A DNA stretch of 62,729 nt from Reclinomonas americana ATCC 50394. Its lineage: Eukaryota. The position numbers and the translations under genes are program-made. How positions within the stretch are numbered: position 1 is the first letter of the stretch; each line of letters opens with the position of its first letter. The stretch spans positions 2,878-65,606 of the forward strand of contig PS015133.1 of the NCBI GenBank assembly GCA_048213135.1, read 5' to 3'. Shown here piece by piece: positions 45,219 through 58,286 of the stretch. The notes under the pieces were generated by a model that was not told where the DNA came from, did not search any database, and was given only the letters and a program-made list of their open reading frames with translations.

Positions 45219-48200
45219 TACGTAACGAGATGCAGGAGAAGAGAGAGCGAGAGACGAGCGAGAGAGACAGACGAGAAGGCGTTCACCAATACAGCGCAAC
45301 AGTGTGTGTGTGTGTGTCATCTCAACAATCGAGCCCACTTCGACGACGTGCTGCTGCCCACTGTTGCTGGCGCGTCTCTCTCTGTGGTTGATGTGCGCGT
45401 TGTCACGTTCTGGCGTGCTTGTTGTCCTTTTTTTCGGCGGCAGTTTACTGTCTGTATCTCTGTGATGTGTGTGCGCGCGTTGCTCTGCTTGCACGACTGC
45501 GTGGGGTGCTCCTGTGTGTGGCTTATACGCGAGGGGGTTCTTGATCACTGCGCGGCCTTTTTGGAATTGTTTCCTTCGCTTCAGGGAACGAAGCCTTCAT
45601 GTCCACCCCACGCCCTCACCTCGGCCCCACTCGCTGGCGCCTCTGCATGTGCACTTGTCACTCGTTTCTTGTATTGTGTGCGTGTGCGTGCGTTGTGTAT
45701 CGTGTCGTGGTCGGCGATGAAAGAGATATCTGTTTTCGGTGTGGTCGCTGGGTGTCATGTCGCCACACCGGCGGGCACTGCGCCGGCGCCGGTGTTTTGC
45801 ATGCCGGCGTGCATGGTGAGTGCTCTGCAGCATATATTTTCGCTGTGCTGAGGTCGGCGACGGGGGTGGTGGTGGCTGGGCTGCACAAGAGTTGCGCGGC
45901 ATGCCAGCGGTTGGTTCTCCTCCTGTATTCGTTGGTTCTGCATTCTTCCTCCTCTTTCTCTGTCTCTCTACAGACCAGCTCTTGCAGTCCGCCGTCGTCG
46001 GCACTCGTGTGCGTGTTTATTTTCTCTGCACGGTTGTTGGTGTTTGTGGCACATGTCTCCGAAGCTCTTTTTGGCACTCGTCAGCCTCTGTCATTCCCCT
46101 GTGTGGTCCGACTTCTGGGAACGGTGGAGGTGACGATGTTCCTCGGCCATATTTTATTGCTGTTGTGGGGATTCTGTATTTCATACGCCGCGATGCACTG
46201 TCACTGGAGTTCTCGCCCTGCTGCTGTGCTGCCACGAGGTGCGGAGAGTGGCTGTGCTTCTCCCGTTTTCCTGGCTCCTTCTGGTGAGTGTCATCAATGT
46301 CGACGACATGCAGATCTCTTTTCCTCTCCCTCTCCCGTTTTCTTCGCCACTCTTGTCGAATGCCTTTGGAACTGCCTCTCATTGTGGTGCCACGCTGCTT
46401 GTTATGATGAAGATGTACACTTTTCTTATTCTGTTCCTCTTCCTTTTCTTTTTTCTTTGCCATAATCGCCTGCTTTCACTCCGTTTGAGTTTCCGACCTT
46501 GCGATCCCTTTTTCTTTTCTCGGTGCAGTCTCCGTGACAGCGCCGCTCTTTGACTTTGTTCTCTCATTCTCCCTCCCTGCCACTCACTGTGATGTCGTCG
46601 TGTTGCTTTCCGACACACTGTTTTGTGATTCGCTGTTTTCTGTCACCGCTGTATTGGCATCTCGCACCACCGCCGCGCCGCCTCACTCTAGCAGAAGATT
46701 GGTGAGTCTCGCAAGCAGTGAGTGCTGCTCACCTGCGGCCGCTGCTGCTGCTTTGCGCGTTGTCGTTCGGAGGACGATCGATATCGAGAGATGTGTGTCC
46801 ACACTGAGCCTCACTTTCCTTTGTTTCCCTGCCCCGCGAGAATCATCGTGTCGCCGTCATTCGCAGTACAATGCCAGTTGTCTGCGCAGGGGATTGCTTG
46901 CACCTCGTCTGCTGTCGCACACAGAACGATTGTGAAGATATTGGTCGGTAAAATCGCAGAATCCTGCATGCACTGCATTGCATGCACACTCTCTCCCGCC
47001 CCTGCCCGTGCTCATGTTGTGATGGCGCGCCCCTCTTACCATTCTTGATGTCAGCGGAGAAGATGGTGTTGCGGGAAGGTGCTGCCACACAAAGGTTCTG
47101 CCGACGGAACGAAAAAAACATGCACTCAAAAACTCCGCGCCGACCACAGACCCCCCGTGCACATACAGAGCTACCCGGGTGGGAGGGGAAGCTGCACAAA
47201 CGTCCCCGGGGAAGGGAATCAGACCAAGGCGGGTGCATAAAAAAAAGTCCTACGGCGGCCACTGCTTTCCATTTATGACCAGCGAAGCATAATCACAGCT
47301 CATCGTTTCCCCCGAGAGAGAAGAGAAGGTACCTGCGTACAACACACGCACACACGCACACATATTCTCTCTGGCCGTCTCTCGTGCACTGCATCTGTCG
47401 CGCTTATATGTCCCTTTTTCTTGCGCGTCAAGGCACACCACCAGCTTCTTCGCGGGATTCAACGCTGCACACTCACTCACACACTCGCACACACAATCTC
47501 CTTCTCTCTCTCGTCTGTTGCAGTGTGGCAGAGTTCCGTTGTTGCACATTGGCGCGCGCGTGTCCTTGTGGGGAGTGGGGAGGGAGAGAGAGTTTGTGCA
47601 CGCACGCGTGAGAGAGAGAGACGCGTCGGTTGATGCAGCAGTGACTTTTCGTGGCTGTTTGTCGGAGTGTTGTCAGGCAGCTGTCGCTTGTTGTCTCTTC
47701 CATCGTGTCTGCCTGTTTTCTGCATAGTGTGTATGTGTTGGTGTGTGCGTTATAAGGACGGCGGCGGCATCTCACACTGCGCGATGACTCCGATATGCAT
47801 GAACTTTTTTTCGTCGGACACACTCTACTTGCATTTCATTTGCTCACTTTTGTCGCTCTCTCCACTCGTGGTGCACAGTGACTACGCGTAGTGCACTCAC
47901 TGTGGTGTTGCATTACCGTGAGTGATTGTTCAGCGCGCATCGCGACGACCTGTCCGTGTGCGCGAGGGGCAATAACTCACTGTTGCCGCATATGAGATGT
48001 GTTCGCATTTCTGTTACAAGTGGCCTCGTGCTGTGTTCTGCAGTCCACCTACTCCTCCTCCCCCTTCTCCCCCACCTCTTCCTGCTCCTCCTCCGCAGTC
48101 AGCGGTGTGAATGAGACATGTGATGCACCTTTCCACTCTCTTGCGCTGCAGCTCACCTTTATGTGATCATGACTGTATGCTCCTGCTGCATGTGCCGCAG

Positions 48201-50089
48201 CTCTCTCTCTCTCTCTCCCTCTCGTGCGCTGTGCCATGGCCTCTCGCAGCGCGGTTTCACCTTTTTTGTCTGCACACGCGTTTCATCATTATTCCGTGCT
48301 TGCTTCTTTCTTTCTTTCTCATCCCGGTCTCATTAACTCTGGACAAGCTGGTTCCATGGAAGTTTCTCCTCCTTGCATGGTTGGCATCGTCGTGTTGCAC
48401 GTGTGGGCGTGTGTGGGTGGGTGTGGGCAAAAAAACGCCAACGCATGCATGGGTTCAACTTGGTTGTGCTCTGACTTCACTTTCGTTATTTCGGCCTTGA
48501 CTTGACTGCCTCTTTTTTGTGTATCAGTCTCTGTCTCTGCGGGTGTGTGTACTTGTTGTCACGGGGTGTGAGAGAGAGAGGTATGTGCACTCTTTTATGA
48601 GGTGCCCGCCATTCACTCGGGCGTATTTGCCTTTCTTGATGCACGTTCTCTCACCAATTGTGTGGGGAGTGTTTTCGCCAGTCAGCGCATGTGCGTGTGT
48701 GCACATACGTGCGTATGTGTACAGTCTGTACGTGAGTGTGTCGTGTCGACGTCGTGTCTTGTTTCAGTGAGTGCCGGAGCCGGGCGCCGCTGTATTGGTT
48801 TCCGTCGATTGTGTTGTTGTGTTGCTGTGAAGACCCGCCACTGCCTCTTGGTTGTTCACTGCATTCCTCCGTTCCTCTCCTCCGATCGTATTGCACCGAG
48901 CATGTGCGTTGCCTACCGATCATCTCTCTTTCGTCTGTCTCCCACCTCATCGATAGCACCGTCCTGTGTTTTCGTTTCGTGCCGTCCGTTGTGCCCCGTG
49001 GCCATGGCCGCTCACACTCACTCGCCTGTCCCCGCTGCTACCACCGCTGCTGCTTTGCATATGCGGCCACGTCTCACTGCCTCCTCCACCCCGTCAATTC
49101 ATCTGTCGCCTCCTGCAAGCGGTAGCGGAGATGGGCGTGGCGAACATGGTCGCGTGCGGCCTCCCTCTCTCGCTCTTTTGCTCGTACCGCCTCTCTCTCT
49201 CTTTCTTCCTCTCTCCTCCTCTCTCGCCCTGTGTACACTGCACGAGTGCCCAGTGTTTGCATGCAGTGCAGATTCAATAAGCACATGCTTGCAGATGCCG
49301 GCGCCGGTGTCTGTCGCCCTGCATTGCCTAGCGGAGACATGCTGACCCGTGTGGGAAAAGCCATTGCTCATGCCTGCGTTGTTGCTTCTCTGCGTGTCTC
49401 TCACTGCTGCTACACTGCTGCTTCTATGTGTGTGCTCTCTGCTGTTCTACTCCAACATCGCTCTTCTTCTTCTCTCACATGCCGTTTCCCACACTGCACT
49501 CCTCGGCTCCCGCTTGTTCTTCTCACGGTTCAGTCTCTCTGCTCTCCTTCTTCCCTGTTCTGTCTCTCTACACCTCTCTCTTTCTCTCCTGCATGCACGT
49601 CTTGCCGCCTGCCTGCGCCTTCTGCACATGTCTGGCCCCACCAGGCCTCGTTCGACAGAAAAGCACTCTGCTGGTCCTTACTCTCTCCTGTTCACTCATG
49701 CTCCCGTCCGTTCTATCACTCTCCGTGCTCCACTCTCTCCCTCTGCCTCTGCCTTTCGTCGATGTGTTGTTGTTGATCGAGTAACCAGCTGGTGGAACAA
49801 GTGTCTTGTATTTCCAATCGTTTCTCTTTTCGATTGGGTTGACTGCCCCGCCCGCCCGCTTGTCTACTCTGACGCTCCTTTGTGCCCTCTCTCCTCCCTC
49901 TCTCGCTCTTCTCGCAGCAGTGGGCCTGAGCGGAGACAAGTCGGTCGCCACAAAAGAAAACCAAGGTTTGCCTTTTTCAACGTAACCACCATCACCATCT
50001 GCAATACAGAGATAGACTCGTACTAGAGCATCACTTGTCGTCCTTTCGTATGCCGAGAGATATACAGACAACTGTCATGACAACTGGCG

Positions 50090-50123
<34 letters not shown>

Positions 50124-51708
50124 GTTGTTCTTCTTGGTGTATGCATGTCTACCTCTCTCACCACTCTCTCATGCACTCTCTCTCGCTCTCTCTCACGCAC
50201 ACACTCTCCATCGCTTGCTCGTATTGCGTCGCCCTCACCCCTCCGTGGGACGAGATGACGGCGCCGGTCGTTGTGCGGACATGTCCTCTTCCTGGTTCTC
50301 TTGCATCTTGCACGCGCGCGCACACACATACGCACAGTGTGTGTGAGAGTGTCCTCGCTCTCCTCTCTCTCCCCCTCTCGACTGTCGCTCTCGATTGCGT
50401 GTGCCTCTTGTCCATTTGACCGTTGTTCTGTTTGCCTTGCGCGAATCTTTTTGCATCTCAGCGGTGATGCTGTTTCTGTGCGCCCTCTTGGCGCTACGTG
50501 TGGAGAGGGTCGGTCTGTACAGTCTGTGTGTGTGTGTTTGTGCTTGGCGTGAGAGACGTGGGTGAAAATATGCTTGGTTGGTATCGCCTTTCGCGGGAGG
50601 TAATTCGAACATTTGGACACGCGACTCGCAGTTTTGTGTCGTCAGAGGCATGTGCGCAGGATCTCTTGCTGCAGTCGCCTTCTTGTGACTCTCTCTCTCT
50701 TCTCTCATTCTCTCTCTCAGTGCATCCGTTTCATCTCTGCAGATCTGCACGTCACTGACCTTTTGTCGGTTTCTTGTCTGCCCTTCACCCCTGTTGTCCA
50801 TTTTGCCTCCTGCTCTTCCTGGTGTGCAGTGAGGTGTGAGATGCTGCGGGTGCACCTGCTGCAGCAAGAGAGGACGCCACAGAGAGTGTATGTGTGTGCT
50901 TAAAAAGTGCAGTGCCCGCTATTCGCGAGTGGACATGCACAACCCCAGCTGACTCACTCACTCTCTCTCTTCCACGCACCACGTGGCGCTGAGTTCCTCC
51001 CCTCCTACCTTCCCCCCACCTCTTCTTCCCTCTCTGGCATCTCTCTGTGCTTGCAAGCCTCTCTGGCACGAAGAAGAGCGCTGTGTGTGTGTTGTGGCCA
51101 CGCGACGCCCGTTTTCTTCTCCCTGCATCGCCTGGTTTTTGTCATTCCTGGCAAGCGCCTCTAGCCGCCACCCTGTCCGCTTCCTCCGCCTGTCTATCTC
51201 TCTCTCCTTTACTTTGCATTTTTGCGCTTACGCGCACGTATGTCACGCGAACAGCCGTCACGATATATAATGTGCGGAGCTCAATCGCTTTTCTTTTTGC
51301 CGTTTTCTGATTGGTGTGTCTCCCCGTGTAGTGGCGAATGCATTCAAGAGAGACACAGTGTGCAGCATCCACTGGCGACACTCTGCGCCTCACACTCACT
51401 CTCTCGCCCATGCGATACCCATATTTGGCAGTGGGAACTCTTTCACATATCGTGTTGTCTCCTCTCTCGCTCTCCCTTTCTCTTTTTCTTTCGTGTGTGC
51501 GCGATACCGTCCGCCTTCCGTGTTCGTCGCGTAGGTCGCGCAAAAACAGCACGCCGCACACACACACATCGGTTGTTTGTTACTGACTGCGTGCTTGTCT
51601 TTTGTGTTGTCCAGTATCACAACTTCTCTCCCCCTGCGGTGGCGGTTACGACACACGCAACACTCGCCACAGCAGCAGAGGTGCTGCGCGTCTGTGCATG
51701 ACGGCTAG

Positions 51709-53874
51709 ATGAATCGCGCACATGGAGCCCACGATGACGAAGACGAGGACGACATGCCCGCCACCTCCACCTCAACAACAACAACAACGACAGCACCACC
51801 ACCACCGCCACCACCGCCGCCTGCTCCTCGATCCGTACCAGCACATGCACGACGAATGATGGAGGACGAGGCCTCGGCGTCGTCGTCGTACTCCTCTTCC
51901 TCATCCTCCTCCTCGTCTTCCTCCTCGTCATTATCGCGACCGCGCGCCCGTATCGCCGATGTCAATGCGACCGCCGCCGCCCTGCTCATGGTTCCGCAGG
52001 GCAGCGGGCAAGGTCACCGTGCTGCATCAGCTACCGGGCGTCGTGGTGTGGTGGGCCTGGCACGACTGGAAATGCTGCCGCCGGAGGAGTGTTCGCCGGA
52101 GCTGTGTGCACTGCTGGTGCATGCCGCGCGGCACGTGCGAGTGCGCTTCCGTCCTAGCACCGAGCGTAACAAGCCCGCCAGTGGCTCGTCGTCCACCTCC
52201 ACCTCCACCACAACGACCACCACCACGGCAGCGAACCGCGTGTCGCCTATCACCACTGCTGCTGCGCCTCCTCCAGACGACAACGGCGGCGGCGACGAGT
52301 ACAACGGCGCGCCTAGGTCGGATGCAGGCGTCACATGCAGCGAGGTCATTGTGCTGCACCCGGCCTTCACTGCGGAAGCCACTCCGAAACGAGGTGCCGT
52401 CCGCACGGCCAAGCGCCTAGTCGTCGGCGCTCTCCGCACCATGGTCAACGACTTTATCCGAGCACACACCACCGAGTTGCGTTGGCCATTTGGGGGAGGA
52501 GGAGGATACGACAACGTCGATATTACTGCTAACAAACTCCGTTTGTTTTTCTTGTGTCTGTTTCTGTGTGCAGGATTCCAGAGTTGCAAAAAGTTGCGTG
52601 TGTGTGTCAGTGGCACCGGCATGGTTACATGTGAAGTTTCATCGTTGTGTGCGCGCGTGCTTGCGTTCGCGGTCTGTGGTTTCTTCTTGCGTGTTCAGTC
52701 GGTGTGAGATACAGTATCTTGCCGGTATTCCTGTCGTGTCAGAGTGACGCAACACTCACTCTTGGTCCCCTACAGACCTCGCTCGTGTGGAAGACGTTTC
52801 TGCAACACGCCAGCATCCTCGACACGAAGCGTTTCTACGATGCACTCGACTGGGAGGGTGAGTTCAGTTGGCTATGCGCGGTTTCATTCCCTCTCCTCAC
52901 TGACTCGTCTTCCCTCGACAGGAGACGGAGTCACTGTGGTGTTCTCCACATCGCCACTCGGCCAGCAGCTAATGGAGCTCTCGCGACAGCTCGACTCGAT
53001 CGACATGTGCATCACCACTCCGCACACGGTGACCATCACCACAGCCACTGGCGGACGCGCGCAGACTCCCACCACCACCGTCACCATCACCACCACAACA
53101 ACAACAACAACGGCGGCGGCACCGATGGACGAGCACATGTCGGGCGCCTCGTCCGCCTCTGGTAGTCGCCGCAGCTCGCCACGGGCTCGGCAGAGCAAGC
53201 GCGGAGTTCGCGGTCGACGCATGCAACCGTCGCCCAACACCTATCTGGACCTGGAGGCGTACGACGTGCATCAGCAGGCCGGCGACGAGGACTCGGAGGC
53301 CTCGTCGGTCTCTCGCGCCTCGTCGTCCTCTCGCTCCATGCTGCTCACCGACGACGTCGACGAGGACCACGACATGATGCCGCCCTCTGTCGAGTCCCTC
53401 TCACGTCGCTCCTCGCTCTCCTCGCCACCTCCCGCGCACCACGCCGCTCCATTGCCATCGCCACTGCCAGCGGCCATTGACTCGCCGCCATCGGTCATGG
53501 ATCGCGACGAGGAGGCCGCGCACATACAACGCACGCTCACCCTCGCCGCCGTGGCTGCCAGCGCGTGGAATGCCTCCTCGCGTCGCCTCTCGCCTCGAGC
53601 CGCCACCTCACCGCTGCGAGCGGGGGCAGCACGAACGACTGCCATACCTCCTCAACCGCCACCACCACCACCGCTACCACTTCCAGTGGTGACGCCAGCA
53701 GTTCCGCGCACTCCGACGCCCGTGGAGGCCTCGTTTGAGTACATGCTGAGCGAGACGCAGCGGTTGTGGGCGCGACAGCAGTTGCTGGCGCAGCAGCAGC
53801 AGCAGCAAGGAGGAGGGGGAAGTGCGAGTCCGAGTGCGAGGAGTGACACCACGCCGCCTCCTCCTCCCAAGTAG
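51709..53874 (+). CDS. Hypothetical low-complexity (S/T/P-rich) protein with small globular segments, multi-exon; 5' end uncertain
   Basis: GC3-rich exons about 51709-52540, 52574-52592, 52776-52857 and 52922-53874(TAG). One internal junction (52593-52775) was not resolved. No domain recognised. Confidence 0.6.
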
Positions 53875-54389
53875 ACCGTGTGTTGTAGAGCAGTTTTTTT
53901 TATTCATCTCCTCTTGCATCATAATCCTTCTCTCTCTGTGTGTGCGCTTTGCCTCTCTCTCTCTCTTTAATGCCCTCTCTCTTTCCTTACAATGGTAGTT
54001 TGAATAATGGTGTTTGCGTTTCCCTGTGGTCAAGATGAGAGAGCGAGAGAGAGTGTGCGTTTGCTCACACGAGAGACCGAGTGTCACACAATGTGGAGAG
54101 CGAGAGTGCGTAATAAATGAGCTTGAGGAGCTGACAGTCAGAGTGTGTGGAGGGGGCAGGTGTGCGTGTGTGAAGGGAGAGTGGGTGGGAGGAAGAACGG
54201 TGAGTGGAGGTGTAACGAACTTGAAGAATCTGCGGCGATCACTGCGGGACATGTGCAGGTGGATGTCCTCTTTGCCGAGCGACACACTGCGTGCATTGCA
54301 ACAGTAAGGTGAAGAGCAGCACGTGCACGCGGTTGGGTGGTGGCGATGATGGTTTGAAATTGCTGGATTCGGAGGTGCAATATTGCAGT

Positions 54390-54855
54390 TTACGTTTGGT
54401 GATGTGATGCGTGTTGGATCGCAGCGGGTAGAGGAAGAGAGAGAGAGGAGGGAGGGTGTGGGTGAGCAGCATGTTGAGATGCTTCTGTGACATGAGGCGC
54501 TAGTACACGATGAATGCGCAAAATGTAATCATGAAACTGGCTTCGATTTTTGAATACCGGAGCAGCGTGTGTGATCGTCTCTTCGTCTACGACTTCAGAG
54601 AGACCCAATGATCGCCACAGTTGAGGATCGTTCAGGTGGCTTGCTCGCCGAAGAGAGGAAGCCAACAGAAGCGAACCGATAAGACTTGGTGTTCGCTTCT
54701 CTCCTCTCTCCCAGCGTTCATGGTTGTCGATGTGGGAGAAGCAGTGCAGAATGGTCCTGCAGAATCAGAATCAACATGCTGCTGCCGAGGCCACAGACAA
54801 CCCAGGCAGCCGCGTGTTCGGGAGAGAATTCGAACAATCCGTGTCGTTTTCCATG
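54390..54855 (-). CDS. Possible orphan coding region
   Basis: Open frame TILHCFSHIDNHERWERGEKRTPSLIGSLLLASSLRRASHLNDPQLWRSLGLSEVVDEETITHAAPVFKNRSQFHDYILRIH follows an acceptor-like ctgattctgcag. Codon usage is less GC-biased than in neighbouring genes. Confidence 0.25.
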
Positions 54856-55379
54856 TTGGTGAATGCATCGAGAGGTGAACGAACGCAGGGAACCCATCTG
54901 CTGCTCATCTTCCGTTGTCTGTGAGGTATGTACGAGTAGCCTATGTTGCAAGAAGTCGTCGTGCCTTGTCGAAATCAACATGCATGCACAATTGCAATCC
55001 GACACTTGCATTCCTGAACTGCCTTCCCCTGAGCATGCGTTCCCCCACTCGCCTTCCATCTCTGCCGCATTTTACCTTACGCGCATCTGCACTACCCTAA
55101 TCATTCACCGGCTCCACACTTCCCGCGGGCGGGCCCGGCAAAAAGTCGAAATTTCATTTGTGTCCGGTCGTCGTTCGAATCGCCTCGGGCCCGCTTCCTC
55201 AAACAAAATTTTCTTCACACACTGCACGAGAGAGAAGAGAAGGCCACAACACACACCTAAGAGACCGCGCTCTTTCACACACACGCACACGCTCTCTGTC
55301 NNNNNNNNNNNNNNNNNNNNCACGCGACTACATAACAGCTGGCGATCGCGTGTACTCATGATCACCTCGCGCCACGCAG

Positions 55380-57534
55380 CTGACATGCGAGCATGTGTTT
55401 TGCGGGGATTGCATCCTGAAGTGGCTGGCGCAGGCGTCGACGTGCCCCGTGTGTCGCCATCGTGCGCACATGGGTAACGTGGCGCCTGTCGATCGCGTCA
55501 TTGGGCAGCTCATTGGCGATCTGCGTCTGCATTGTGGCAACTGGGAGCCGACGCGACCCGACGACGCGGCCGTGTCGTGTCCGTGGGTGGGCGAGTTGTC
55601 GGCGGTCGATGCACACATGAATGAGTGCGGCTACGTGCGGGTTCGCTGTGATCATTGTCGGCGGGAGCACAGGCGACGGGAGGCGCGGGAGCATGCGGAG
55701 GTGTGTCATCGACGACCGGTGCCGTGCACGTACTGTGGGGAGATGGTGCCGCGGGAGCGCATGGCGTTGCATTGCGATGCCGAGTGCACCTATCTCCACG
55801 TACAATGTCCGAATGGGTGCGGTCGTCGCGTGAAACGCGAGGATGTCGGCGCGCACCTCGAGCAGGTGAGAAACGGGGAAGCGGATTTCATGGCGCTTTC
55901 GTGTCACACTGACTTGTTTTCTTGTTCTCCCAGGCCTGCCCGCTGCAAGAGGCACCGTGCGCCTACGTTGAATTCGGTTGCTCGCATCGCGGTCTCCGCG
56001 TGGATCTGCCGAACCACGAGAAGGCGGCCGCCGCGCATCACCTGCAACTCGTCACCATCAACATGAGCGAGGCGCTGCAGAACCAGGACGAAGTCATTTC
56101 GGTGCTGCGTGCTGAACTGGCGTCCAGAGACAGCCAGTTGCGTGCATCCACTCTCCAACTCTTCTTCTTTCATGCATTGAGATCTCATTTCTTGCACACC
56201 ACAGGATCGATCAGCTGCGCCGCGATGTGGCCGCCATCAGCGAGCTGCTTCCGGCACTGGAGCTGGTGACGGGGCGGCGGCGCATGGTGCAGGCGTCGCC
56301 GAATAACTCGGCTGTGCTGCTGGCCTCCTCCGAGTACTCTGGCAACACCGCACCATCAGCGTCCTCGCCGTCGCCAGTTCCTGCGCACACCGCCGTCCGC
56401 ACCGACCGACCACCCTCTGGCCGCTCGCTCTTTCACCCGTACAACGCGGGCCAGTCGCTAGCCGCCGCCATGTCGTTGCCACCACCGCCACCACCACCGC
56501 CGCCACCTCCGCCGCCACCTCCGCCACCACTGGTTGCCGCTCCCTCGGCGGCAGCCGGGCACGCGCATTTGCATCTGCAGAACAACCACCACCACCACCA
56601 CCACCACCACCGCTGCGATGAGCAAGACTCTGGGTCGTCGTCGTCGTCCGCCGTGGTGCCGCCAGCGCGGTCACCGTCGTGCCAGGCCGCCCTCCGCGAG
56701 CTGCAACAGGAGACTCGCGAGTTCACTCGACAGATTCGCACGCACCAACAGCAACAGCAGCAACAACAACAGCAGCAGCAGCAGCAGTCACAGCAGCAAC
56801 AAGCGCCTCCTCCACCGTCGCCGCAGTCACCGCGCCAGCGCCGACACACAGTCGCTCATGTCGATTCGGCGGCGTCGTCTTCGTCGTCGCCAAACGCACA
56901 CAATGCTGTTGGCGCGAGCGGCTCCTCGTCGCCACCCCCCTTCGAGGTAACGGAGAGCGTGAAACTGTGTTGGAGTGTCGACCACGGTTGCAACTTGCAC
57001 TACCGCGACAATCTGCGCACGCTCTCGAACACCAACTGGCCCGGTGGCACCTCCGTGTGCACCGACCTGATCATGACGGTCGGCAATCCGGACCTGTCGC
57101 CTCTCGCCGCCGCCAGCACGGTGTTCACCACCTTTGCCGACATGCTCGACAATGCTGCTGCCGTCGGCGGCAGCAGCGGTGGTGGTGGTGTCGCGTCGTC
57201 ATCCTCGTCACCGTCACCCCGTCACACCCGTCCATACGGGGCGCCACAGCGTGGCACCTTCTCCATGGAGGTGGGCGTGACGTCGACCGGCTTCATCTGG
57301 GGCGCCGCGATTGGTGTGGTGACATTCCATCAGTTTAGTGCGGAGGGCATGTGGTGCGGCAAGGTGCCGACCAGCTACGGCTACTGGAGCAACGGCAGCG
57401 TGTTCGCGTGCACTGGCCGCGACACGGACGAAGACACCGCATCGTTGCCGCTGCCGGCCCTGCGCGCGTCGATCGAGGTCTCGGACGACTCGGACAGCGT
57501 CAGCGGCGTGAGCGACGACCTCGCCTCGGGCAGT
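55380..57534 (+). CDS. RING finger, TRAF-type zinc fingers, coiled coil, P/H/Q-rich linker and SPRY-like domain; putative E3 ligase, both ends in gaps
   Basis: Exons 55380-55865, 55934-56136 and 56205->57534. LTCEHVFCGDCILKWLAQASTCPVCR is the second half of a C3HC4 RING. CPWVGELSAVDAHMNECGYVRVRCDHC and HCDAECTYLHVQCPNGC are TRAF zinc fingers. FSMEVGV...AAIGVV...GMWCGKVPTSYGYWSNGSVF is SPRY-like. Confidence 0.82.
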
Positions 57535-58286
57535 NNNNNNNNNNNNNNNNNNNNNNNNNNNNNNNNNNNNNNTTGGAAAGTTGGGCAAGGGGGTTTGTCT
57601 TTGAAGTTACTTCACGACACCAAACTGCTTGATGTCCTCAACCTCCAGTCATACACGCAGGGGGGGGTGTAGGTCGGTGTATTAATACTTTAAAAGAAAT
57701 AATGCCCGGCATTCCGAAGCAAAAAGAAATAATGCTGCTCGAGAAAAACATATAATGCCTCGCTGCAAAGTGCCTAGAAACGGCAGGAAACGTGGTTCAA
57801 ATTCGAAGCGGCTGCCTTTTTGTGCCTAGCATGAACGTGTTGGGGGACCTGACGCAGCAGCTACGTAGGTGACCAGGTTCTACAAGCGCCCGCTGTCCGA
57901 GGACAGTCGACAAGTTGGCTTTGGGGAGAAACAAAGCGTCGAAGTTCACAAGTCAATCTGTCTGATCGATCGCGACGGAACTGTAATTCACCGCATAGCA
58001 GCCCTATTCTGGGAGAAAAAAATAGCGGCGCGCTCCGCGCGCAACACTTTCATAGAAGTGCTAGTTTTTTTACATAGAGAGGGGCGCGCGCGCGTGGAAC
58101 TCGACTTTTACGGCTTCGACGATGTGAAATTTCAAGTGTCGCGAAGGCTGCGCTGGTGGCAGACGCATGCGGACGAGTGTAGGGGTCGCTTGGGCAGCAG
58201 GGGCCGAAAAGTTATAATGCCAGGCCAAAAGAAAAAATACTTTGTCCCCCACCCCCCCACGCAGGTAACGCACCCAGGAGAACGCA

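Noticed and set aside
57680-57870. Possible tRNA or other structured RNA near ggttcaaattcg
   Set aside because: No cloverleaf stems could be formed by eye.
57869-58286. N-terminal 140 aa of the 513-aa ORF upstream of the WD40 repeats
   Set aside because: It starts at GTG in AT-tract, promoter-like sequence. The paralogue supports ATG 58287 plus an intron as the true start.
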